From Microthyrium microscopicum (taxonomy: Eukaryota), in NCBI GenBank assembly GCA_010405405.1, contig MU004235.1, positions 14,538-78,537 on the forward strand: a DNA stretch of 64,000 nucleotides, read 5' to 3'. Every line of letters begins with the position of its first letter. Position 1 is the stretch's first letter. Below are positions 54,054 to 64,000 of the stretch, one piece after another. The notes under the pieces are model-generated. The model ran no database searches and was not told the origin of the DNA. It saw nothing but the letters and a program-made list of their open reading frames with translations. Made by a program: the position numbers and the translations under genes.

Positions 54054-57000
54054 ATGCCGGGACTCGTCTATCCAGATCGGCGGGGGGGCCGACGGCCGCG
54101 ACCCTCTGAATTGGAAACGGCGGAACCCGAATCGCCAGAACCTGTCACAAATGGTCGCATCTCAAATGGTTCTTCCTCGTCAGAGGTACATGTATGCTCT
54201 TTGCTGATAAACTCAATTACTGACAACGACCTAGTCCTCTATACAATCAGCACCCCCTCGCAACGCGCTTCCCAATGGAATTACTCGCGAAGAGCATCAA
54301 CCCGGCGCTATCGTGCGCATAAAAATGACAAACTTCGTCACATACTCTTCCGCCGAATTCAAATGCGGACCAAGTCTCAACATGATCATCGGCCCTAACG
54401 GCACGGGAAAGAGCACTTTAGTTTGCGCGATCTGCCTTGGATTAGGCTGGCCACCCAGTTGCCTTGGACGCGCCAAAGAAGTCGGTGAATTCGTCAAGCA
54501 TGGCAGTCGCGAGGCTGAGATTGAGGTTGAGCTCAAAGGCCATCCACGAAACATTATAGTCAAACGCATCATCAAGCGCGATGGTAACTCCTCAGTCTGG
54601 GAACTCAATGGGAGCCGCGTGCCACATAAGCAGATCAAAGAGACTATGCAGCGACTTCATATTCAGGTTGACAATCTCTGTCAATTCCTGCCGCAGGACA
54701 AGGTTGTTGAGTTTGCTCAGATGACACCAATTCAACTTCTCGAGCAGACCCAAAAAGCTGTTGCCGATGAAGAAGTCACGCGATGGCATGAGATCTTGAA
54801 AGGCCTTGGTGCGGACAAGAAGGCGTGCATACAAGAAAAAGAATCCAAGACTGAGGAGCTGACTCAGACTACAACTCGCCAAAGTCACCAGCGGGCAGAC
54901 GTTGAACGCATGCAAGAGCGTGAAGCTTATGAGAAGAAGCGAGATTTGCTCGTTAGTTTTCGCCCGATGGTCGCATACTTGGGTAAGCAAGCAGAGTATA
55001 AAGCTGCGAAAGCGGAATGGGTGGCAGGCAAGCAGGATTTTCAAAATTTGTCCGCAGAGTTGGAGCCATCGCGACGCGAAATCGAACAAAAAGAACAATA
55101 TGCGTCCAGTGTGCACTTGGAGTCTCAGCAGCAGCAGGACTTATTCAACCGAGCGAAACGGAGTACCCAAGCTATTGCTAGCGAGATAGCCAAGCTCAAA
55201 ACATCAATCAACGACTGCAACACAAAAATCGATGTTGAGGTGAAAGGACAGGATGGAGCTAAACAGAAGATCGCTCAGCATAGACAAAAACTTACGAGAT
55301 TTGAGCAGCTTGCAACAGAACCAGCTCCAGAGTTTGATTCTGCGGCATTCAATGCTCGAATTCGGGAAGCTGAATCGCAATTGCAGGAGAAGAGAGATGA
55401 AGATAACGATATTAAGCTGGCAGCAGGAGAGAAGGCTAGGCGAACGAAAGAAATGGAACAACGGTATGGGCAAATGGAAGAAGAAGAGAAGGGGATGACA
55501 TCCAACAGCGGTCTCAAGCTGCGTGCCCTCAAGAAACGCTCCAACGACTCTTGGAGAGCCGCACAGTGGCTTGAGCAAAATCAACGCCGATTCAGGGGCG
55601 AAGTTTATGGGCCTTCCATGCTCTCCTGTTCAGTGAAGAATCCCAAGATGGCTAGTGCTTTCGAAAGCTATCTTCAAAGAGGCGATCACCTCGCGTTTAC
55701 TACCACCTGCAAGGAAGATACCGATATCTTGCAGACAGAACTTGTTGGTGCAGGCAAGATGAGTCTTGCTGATATCACAATCCGGCAATGCAACAAGCGT
55801 CTGTCAGATTACCCACGGCCCGCTGTCGATCCTACCGAGCTTAAAGATCTGGGCTTTGAGTCTTGGCTCATTGATGAAGTTGAAGGGCCGGAGCCGGTTC
55901 TGGCGATGCTGTGCGATACCAGAAGAATCAACATGACAGCCATCTCTGCTCGAGAGCATAGCGAAGCCGAGTATGATCGAATTGCAGCCAGTCCAATCAA
56001 TTCCTGGATAGCCAAGGATTCGATATATCAACAAACTCATCGAAGGGAGTACAATCAGTCGGGCACCACTCAAAGATCTGTTGCTCCTGCAACAATATAT
56101 AATCAACAGGGCGTGGATACCGCCGCGCTGAGTGAGCTACAGCGTCGTATGTCAGAGTTGAGAGAAGAAATTGCCGGAATCAAGGCGACTGGGGCATCCG
56201 CTGTAGAGCAACACAAGGTCTTTCTACAGGAAATCGATGAATTGACTGAAGTAGTTGTATGTTTAACGATATTTGTTCGCACCTTGAACCAGCTAACCTT
56301 CTTTAGAAAAATCGGCAGAAAGAGAAAATAGAAGCGCAAACCATCAAGTCCAACTATGATCGGCTTCCTCGCTCAATTGGTAAGAGGATCTTTTCAACAC
56401 CATTGGCTGGTGCTAACCCTGGACAGAAAGCGAGAGGCAGAAAATTGAAGACATACAGAATAAACAGCGAGACCATCGTACTCGTGTTGCCTCCATTGAG
56501 CGTGAAAAGGAGCAGCATGCCTTGAAGCGAGCAGAACATGCTATTCAACTGTCGGTAGGTATTTCACGAGAATTCCACCTGGCTTTTCACTAACACCACT
56601 CAGCTGGCATTATCTCAAGTCAAAGCCACTCTCCGAAGCTCCCTCGATGCTCAGCTTCGCTTCATAGAAGCTGAATCCGACGTCGATTCCTTGAAAGAGC
56701 GCAATCAAGAAGTTGAGCGGCAATTAAGGGTGCTTAGACAGATGGTCAAAGTTCTCGAAGAAACCAAGATCAGACTGCACGCAGAAGCACACGCCTTGAA
56801 ACAAGCTTCGGTCGATGTGTTTGCCTCACTAGAGCAAGAAGAAAAGGAAGTGTACGAGGGCTATGCAGAAAGGACGCAAAACGGCGAGTTCAATAGGGCT
56901 GATCTTGATCGCGAGATCACAACACTAGATCAGCGACTCGAACTTGTTCAGTCTGGCAACCCTCGTATTATCGAGGAATATCACCGAAGAGCCGAGACAA

Positions 57001-57599
57001 TTAAAACGCTCACAGAGTCGATTGAGGAACTCAACAAGAAGGTTCAGATGCTCGACACCAGCATCCAGAAAGTCAGAGAAAAGTGGGAACCAACACTGGA
57101 TGCACTGGTCGCTGATATCAGCACCGCTTTTAGCTACAACTTTGAGCAGATCGGTTGCGCTGGCCAAGTTGACGTCCACAAAGAGGAGGATTTCAGTCAA
57201 TGGGCTATTCGCATCCACGTCAAATTTCGTGAAAATGAAACCCTCTCTGTCCTGGACTCTCATCGCCAATCTGGCGGCGAACGCGCCGTCTCCACCATCT
57301 TCTACCTCATGGCTCTCCAATCAATGGCACGATCACCTTTCAGAGTCGTGGATGAGATCAATCAAGGAATGGATCCACGAAACGAACGCATGGTCCATGG
57401 CCGTATGGTCGATATCGCCTGCTCCGAAAACACCAGCCAGTATTTCCTCATCACACCCAAACTCCTGCCAGGTCTTCAATATCATGAACGCATGGTGATC
57501 CATACCATCTACAGTGGAGAGACCATGCCAGAGGATAACTCAAAGCTAGATATGCGAAAACTGGCTGCTCGAGCTTTGCAGATTCGATTGAAGGCTTAG
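54054..57599 (+). CDS. smc5: Structural maintenance of chromosomes protein 5, about 4 introns
   Basis: NFVTY, Walker A IIGPNGTGKS, IQVDNLCQFLPQDKV, long coiled coils with hinge, RQSGGERAVSTIFYL, FRVVDEINQGMDPRNER, QYFLITPKLL. Confidence 0.96.
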
Positions 57600-58047
57600 T
57601 GGAGTCGTTGATTGCGTTGTGCTTTTACAAATTCACAAATGTACTTATTATGATCACAGTTTATGTGTTAGATGCTTACCATGCCAACCACTTTCAAAAA
57701 GATTTTGCTACTATCCACTAGTACTTACTGATAGGTACCCCAGATTTTGCTAACCCCACACGTTCCATCGGCATATTTTTCTTCGACAAGCCCGACTTTA
57801 GCTTACCCCTGGACATGATGCTGGCGATCTACTTCGTGGTGTTGCGGGGCTGGCAGGACGACCAATGAGACGCGCACCACCTGCCGCTTTCGCAAGCCCG
57901 AGGTTAATTACTGCTTTCTAGTGAGAAGTGTAGGATTGTATTATAGTCTGGTACTCTGCTTCTAGTTGTGCTACGCTTTGCTGTTGGAGGAGTGCTTTGG
58001 TTGTTGATTGCACATTCAGGCTATCGAAAGCGTCGTTGTCTACAAGT

Positions 58048-60358
58048 ATGGCTCTGAGTAAGTCTGCCCCTAACACTCCGGCATCGTTAGATTTTGTAGG
58101 CGGTCTAGGAAGTGCATGTAGAATGTGGATGCTGTGGAGGAGGTCCACTATCCACATGTATTGAACTTGTGGTGCTGTTGTGAAACTCGAGATCCTTTGA
58201 AACTAACAGTCTTATAGTTCCTGCTATTGCTGGCACGGCGGCAGTGTCTGCGTATCTCAACGCCAAATACCACATTGCGAAAGATGTGAGACAAATCATA
58301 AATCTCAAGCTTGGAGAGCGGCGGGTGATAGAGGCTGGTGAGTTGATATGCACTTCCAAATCACACAATTGCTCATAGTATCGTAGTGAAAAAGGACAAA
58401 GTCTCCATGTGGCCATACTTTGAAGATCAAGTCAACCGCCTTCCCGAGAACGACACCTGTCTCTGGTCCCGAACAGGCGTCTACACCTGGCGCGAAACCT
58501 GGGCCCAGTCAAACCGCTACTCGCAATTCCTGCTCGACCAAGGAGTCCAGAAATTGACACTGGTTGGCTTCTACCTCACCAATAGCCCCGAGTTCATCTT
58601 CGCCCAGTTAGGGACGTGGGCCATTGGTTGTGCGCCTGCACTCATAAACCATAATCTTTCTAACGAGGCTCTCGTGCACTGCGTCAAATTGTCAGCCACC
58701 AAGATCCTGATTGTTGACTGGGAGGAGGAATGCGTTGCTCGTATCGAAGGATCACGGGCCGCACTGGAAGCTCTAGGCGTGAAAATCATCATCCTGGATG
58801 ACGCAACTAGACAATCCATCAACAGCTCTGCGCCTATTCGACCCCCGGACGAACTAAGGAGTAAAATCCCACCCTCATTCCCCCAATCCCTCATCTACAC
58901 CTCCGGCTCTACCGGCTACCCTAAAGCCGTCCCCTACTCCTGTGGCCGCACCCTCCCATTCGCCAACAGACGGAAATCACACATTGGCATAAAAGCTGGT
59001 CCCAACGGCGACAGATACTATGTGTGTATGCCTATGTATCACGGCACTGGCGGTATTGTCGCCAACAGCTGTATGATAAGCGGCATAACGCTATGTATCG
59101 GCAAGAAGTTTAGCACAACGAAGTTCTGGGATGATATACGGGATAGTGAGGCCACAGCATTTGTGTATGTTGGCGAAGCGGCGAGATATTTGCTGGCTCA
59201 ACCGCCCAGCCCACGGGATAGGGATCATAAAGTCCATTTGATGTTTGGGAATGGGCTGAGGCCGGATGTGTGGAAGAAGTTTCAGGATCGCTTTGGGATT
59301 GAGACTGTTGCGGAGTTTTTCAATAGCTCGGAGGGCGTGTTTGGGACTCTTAACGTGTCGAAAGGTATGGCAACGTGATTTTACGGGATACTGCTCCGGA
59401 GCTAATTTCGTGCAGGAGGATATCTTCAGGCTTCAGTTGGACATCATGGTCTGATCATGAGGCAATATCTAAAAGACTATTACGCAACTGCCAAAGTTGA
59501 TCTGGATACTGGCGATCTGTACCGGGATCCAAGTACTACGCTGGGTGTTCGGACACCGCTGGAGGAGGGAGGCGAGGTTATTGTTGCTGTGCCGGATCCC
59601 AGTATATTTCCCGGATATTGGCAGAACAGTGAAGCAACAAACAAGAAATTTGCGAGAAACTTGTTCAAGGACGGAGATCTGTGGTATCGTACAGGCGATG
59701 CACTAAGACGAACTCCAGATGGACACTGGCATTTCATGGACAGGTAGGACATTCTAATATTTCGCGTATTTACTATAGTCGTTAACCTTGTCACAGACTT
59801 GGAGATACATATCGCTGGAAATCAGAAAATGTCGCGACAATGGAAGTAGCCCAAACGCTAGGCCATATGCCTGGCATCGCCGAAGCAGCAGTCTACGGCG
59901 TGCTCGTGCCCGGCCATGATGGTAACTTTCTACAATCCACCCCATCTCGCTGATCCCGTACTAACGAGCCGTAAGGTCGCGCTGGTTGTGCCGCAATCCA
60001 CCTGAACAGCAGTCAACAACTCACACCACACTTTCTAACCGACTTACTACGGTATAGCAATAAACAGCTGCCCAAGTATGCTGTGCCAGTATTCATCAGA
60101 GTCATGAGAGAGATCAAGCCAATGCACAACCAGAAGCAAAACAAGATTCCATTGAAGAAAGATGGTATCAGTCTGGATGCTGTGTATGGAATTGGGAAGG
60201 ATGTAAAGGATGCGGAAATGGAGGGCAAGGATCTATTGTTCTGGTATCCGGGTGCTTTGGGACTACAAGTAGCGGGCCTAGCGGCTGATCGATATGTTCC
60301 GCTGACGAGGTCAGATTGGGAGGGTATTGTGAGAGGAGGAAAGGAGGCGAGGTTATAG
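58048..60358 (+). CDS. Fatty-acid transport protein / very-long-chain acyl-CoA synthetase (Fat1/CefD1-like), about 5 introns
   Basis: AYLNAKYHI.KD, AMP-binding LIYTSGSTGYPKA, YVGEAARYLL, GNGLRPDVW, WYRTGDAL, DRLGDTYRWKSENV, PGHDGRAGCA; C-terminal PTS1-like ARL. Confidence 0.92.
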
Positions 60359-60854
60359 GCAGCGTAGAATCTGGGGCTATCGAGAGTAGTCTATAACCAG
60401 TGAAGTGAGATTATTGAAGCTAATGGAATACATGATGCTAACTCTGATCTGAATATACAACGCCAACAGACACAATGCAAGTATTTCTTCTCAATGCCTT
60501 TGTACTCGTTAACGTTATGGAGGAGCGTACACAGTTTTGGCCTCCTTGTTGTCACCCTTGTCCGATCTTGAAATAACCATATTGATGAGCAAACAAAGAA
60601 CATCTGCCTGTGAGACTAGGAACTTTTCTCGGGGTTTCTTTGAATTGGCTCGTCTAGTCTCGCTTCAAAGGGCTTTATGGCTTTACAATAGTCCTTGTTA
60701 CATACGCGGAATATCGTTAGAATACATTGGATATCAGAATATATCCGCCCTCGTATGTCTGAAGTACCGGCCTCTTCATATCTCAGACTCTCCTGCCTTT
60801 AGAAAGTCATTGTCTACTATTAGCAAGCGCGTCCTGGAGACCGTTTGTTTCGTT

Positions 60855-62000
60855 ATGGCTTCTCATGTAAATACTCCACCTCACAAACAGGGAGCTACCC
60901 GTGGTCGTGCTCTATGCGATCTAGAAAACACTCTTGGGAAAGATAAAATGGCCGAGTTTGGAATCACGGAGCCTCTGAATTGGCGGTTTCGTGATTTCAA
61001 CGATATTGACCTTCCTCCATGCAATCACCCATTGTTGGCATATACACCGGGTAGTACTGGGCCTTTCTGGCACGCTCCTGCTCCTGGTGTTATGAAATTT
61101 AGACAGGCCTTTGATTTGGGTCTTCGACTAGCCAGTTATCTGTTGGATACAGACGAGGTCCTCAGCTTCTACACTAAAGCTAGTGAGGGTAATTTTATCA
61201 CAACAGGTACCGGTGCGAATAGAAGAGTACATGTTGAGGATGTTAACATGACGCCCCAGCTTATCAAACGAACGAAGGATTATATCAAATCAAGGCTTTT
61301 CATGCAGCGTCTTCATTTTTCTATGGAAGGCCACAATGAACACTTCACCCGCTTTGGTCAGGTTCTCAAGGATACTGGCAACCTTGCTGCCACAGGTTCT
61401 ATCAAGAAGAACCTGGAGATGTGGGAAGCTACAACATTTAAGGTAGGTATAGCATTTCATCCCGACTACGCGGCCTATGCTGCAAAGTATCATCCACTCA
61501 TAGCGGGCCAGTCCCTGGCTACAAGAAGTGAGCATCTTCGCATCAACTTTGACTTTGCTGTAGTATTGTTACATGAGATTTGTCACATATTCGAATACAT
61601 CAGAAGTCCATTTGCAAACAATCGACCCGCTGACGATTTCTCCGACCTTGGGTCTATACACATGGACCAGCTCAAGAAATCCGACGAGTGGGGCGATGGA
61701 TTCGAACAAACACTTTTCGGAGGGTATCATGCCCCCGGTAAGTCCACAGACATAAGACTACCCAAGGACGGGCTATGCTTGCTAAGAGAACTGACTGATG
61801 GTGACTTTATTGTTCAAATTGTTCCTATGGACAGGCTACAATATTGGTTCTCCCTCAAACACCTCAAAGAACGCTTTGAAGAAGGTAAGGAGTGGCCTGA
61901 TGAGGTGGACCCGATGATAATGATGTATTCGCCGACACTTGGGCGTTGTAAGCTATTAAGAGGAGATGATGCCACTATGATTATGTTGTTAATAGTCTAG
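60855..62000 (+). CDS. Hypothetical protein with a zincin-like HExxH motif
   Basis: Long open frame with VVLLHEICHIF and downstream DEWGDGFEQTLFGG. No signal peptide. Confidence 0.65.
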   Translation: MASHVNTPPHKQGATRGRALCDLENTLGKDKMAEFGITEPLNWRFRDFNDIDLPPCNHPLLAYTPGSTGPFWHAPAPGVMKFRQAFDLGLRLASYLLDTDEVLSFYTKASEGNFITTGTGANRRVHVEDVNMTPQLIKRTKDYIKSRLFMQRLHFSMEGHNEHFTRFGQVLKDTGNLAATGSIKKNLEMWEATTFKVGIAFHPDYAAYAAKYHPLIAGQSLATRSEHLRINFDFAVVLLHEICHIFEYIRSPFANNRPADDFSDLGSIHMDQLKKSDEWGDGFEQTLFGGYHAPGKSTDIRLPKDGLCLLRELTDGDFIVQIVPMDRLQYWFSLKHLKERFEEGKEWPDEVDPMIMMYSPTLGRCKLLRGDDATMIMLLIV

Positions 62001-62433
62001 GTTCTATAGAACTTACCCAAATACGATGTTTACTCCATGGACCATGTCCACACTCAATACTCATCTTAAATGTGCGTCCATGTCAACAGAATAGTGGACA
62101 TAGCTGATTGCACGTCTAATGAGAAAGGGAAAGAGTTATTATTTCACGATAGGTATTCCAGGTTACCTGATGCAGTGGACACAGACAAAGAACTAAGATA
62201 TTCAAGCATTGATACACTATCTTTGAAAGAACAAAGAGAGCTGACAAAGAGATACAGAAAACTCCATCGCTGACATTTCATTTAGAAGGTCCATGCTAGG
62301 GACAAATATACCTAAGTACCTAATGTATGATACAAGTGATGAAAAATAAGCTCAGTGACCACATCGTGAGCTGAGTTACATGTTCAATAGTGTTACAACA
62401 TTGTCAGCAGCTGAAAGCTGAGACCGTGAGTGC

Positions 62434-63600
62434 TTACCACCGCCAGAAGCGATTAGCACGGATTCCTCGCTTGGTGATAACACCAGCGTTACAAACTGTA
62501 CCAGGAGCCAAAGCTTGAGTGACATAAGATCCGTGATCGCAGATACCAAAGCCGGTGGCGCCAACGCAAACTACCGCGCCATTAACGGGACAGCTTGTCT
62601 TGCCGGCAGGTACTGCTGCTGGAGCTGCTGGTGCAACCACATTGGGCGTAGCTGGTGGTGGGCCTGCAACTGACGAAGCAACTGGGACAACAGAAAGGGT
62701 GGATGAGGACGCAGCTGATGATGCTGCCGCGGTGGTGGTGAGGGTCTGAGTTGAAGTGGACGTTGGTGCGGCGGCCGATGAAGCTGAAGATGCGGGCGCA
62801 CTGCTGACGGAAGCAGCAGCGCCGGCCGGTGCTGGCGCTTGAGCGGAGCCTGCTTTGCAAGTACCAAGCGCAGCTGGAGAAGGAGCGTCGCCGGCGGCGG
62901 TGGAGTGTTCAACTTCTGCTCCTGGGTTGGGAATATCCAAGACGCCCTCAGTAGTGGTGCAGGTATTGCCGCCAAGATTTGCAACGAAGATGCCTGGAAG
63001 ACCGTTGTAGAATGTTTCGTCGTTGGCACCACCAGTGATGGAGATAGGAGCACAATTCATGTACATCTCTCTGTTGCCAATTTTGTTGAACCACGTCCAG
63101 GCATAAACGAAGTTGCCACTAGGCAGCTTGCTATCAATCTTGACTTGGTATTGCTTGACACATTCAGTTTGGCTAGCGGAAGTACATTGGGCTCCGTTGG
63201 GTCGTTGATCAGCGTCTGCGCCAACAGTGTTGACATTTCCAGCGGCAGTGGCTGGACATCCACCTATGATGGTCTTGATAACCTTCCAATCGTTGGGGTC
63301 ATCGGAGACCTTGTTGTCGGCGCCCAGCTTGAATAGGGAAACTTGACATGAACCACCACCATGAACAGCAGATCCGGTAAATGACATGTTTGTGTTTTGG
63401 CCAGCGGCAACCGGAGCGAAAGGGCCAGTTCCATAATTGCCAGCAACACCTTGCTGACAAGGGAACTGGGCGCCACTGATAGGACTAGTACTGACAGTGT
63501 GAGGGAGATATGGCACAGGATTGGCCATTATCATGTGGGCGTCTACTCCATCGAGTGTAGCGAGGAGTGCAATAGCACCTAGAAAAAAAGAGGAAGACAT
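62434..63600 (-). CDS. Secreted lytic polysaccharide monooxygenase, family AA11, with Ser/Thr/Ala linker and a C-terminal Cys module (X278-like)
   Basis: Signal peptide ending VDA then N-terminal His (HMIMANPVPY), SAVHGGGSCQVS, WTWFNKIGNREMYMNCA, and C-terminal SCP..GAVVC...GFGICDHG...GTVC. Confidence 0.92.
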   Translation of the reverse strand: MSSSFFLGAIALLATLDGVDAHMIMANPVPYLPHTVSTSPISGAQFPCQQGVAGNYGTGPFAPVAAGQNTNMSFTGSAVHGGGSCQVSLFKLGADNKVSDDPNDWKVIKTIIGGCPATAAGNVNTVGADADQRPNGAQCTSASQTECVKQYQVKIDSKLPSGNFVYAWTWFNKIGNREMYMNCAPISITGGANDETFYNGLPGIFVANLGGNTCTTTEGVLDIPNPGAEVEHSTAAGDAPSPAALGTCKAGSAQAPAPAGAAASVSSAPASSASSAAAPTSTSTQTLTTTAAASSAASSSTLSVVPVASSVAGPPPATPNVVAPAAPAAVPAGKTSCPVNGAVVCVGATGFGICDHGSYVTQALAPGTVCNAGVITKRGIRANRFWRW

Positions 63601-64000
63601 GTTCTTAGAGTTGAATATCGTGTATGCTGCCAGAGCCGTAGTTTTCGATATGTCGATATGAATTCTGTTGGTGGAAGGAGGTTTGTGTTGGAACAGGATA
63701 ATGTATTAAGTATGTCGGATTCTTCAAGGGGAATTGAATTGGCAATCAAACTCTTAAATAGCAATATGCTTTGATCTCTTTCACGTTGGAGCATGGGAAC
63801 AATGACTACAAGGGGGAACACTGTGAGCTTTATTGCTTGGCTTTGTCTAACACAATACATTGTCTGACCTACTCATTTTTCAGTTGTAGTGATGAATAAA
63901 GGTCATAGGATAGGGAGCGCTTACTGTAACCCGCGCTTTCAGCGGCGATGTAGTCCCGCGGTAACCAAGCTCGACACTCACGCGCCCTGTCCTATCACCA

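Noticed and set aside
44095..60358. Peroxisomal lipid gene cluster (acyl-CoA dehydrogenase SKL and Fat1-like ARL)
   Set aside because: The two genes are 12 kb apart and separated by unrelated genes, so there is no evidence of clustering.
60537..60854. TTG-started extension of the HExxH ORF
   Set aside because: Non-ATG start in a eukaryote. An upstream in-frame Met near 60585 is possible, but the segment looks non-coding, so 60855 was preferred.

Overview
Eukaryotic DNA from a filamentous ascomycete (Pezizomycotina; Dothideomycete-like is a guess). Evidence: GT-AG introns with CTRAC branch points and strong RIP (repeat-induced point mutation) signatures. Bases 1-~12170 are an extremely AT/TpA-rich RIP-destroyed block. 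It holds a Ty3/Gypsy chromovirus relic whose 3'UTR-PPT-LTR end is tandemly duplicated, plus ~816-bp and ~111-bp tandem arrays. The rest is gene-rich: expansin-like protein, EDEM/Mnl1 GH47, Mpv17/PMP22, GH76 Dcw1/Dfg5, Snc1 v-SNARE, Arg5,6, secreted aspartic protease, DUF2423 protein, Erf4-domain protein, peroxisomal acyl-CoA dehydrogenase, PanE/ApbA-like reductase, Smc5, Fat1-like acyl-CoA synthetase, an HExxH orphan and an AA11 LPMO. A RIP-mutated Fot1/pogo transposon sits between the PanE-like gene and smc5. The three most striking observations are: (1) an in-frame fusion of homoserine kinase (Thr1) to AIR synthetase (PurM), in place of the usual GARS partner; (2) a DUF2423 gene whose 535-nt intron is itself an in-frame coding extension, suggesting two alternative C-termini; (3) a dispersed ~213-bp MITE-like family, one copy of which supplies the last codons and stop of the aspartic protease. 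All calls come from reading motifs by eye; no searches were run.
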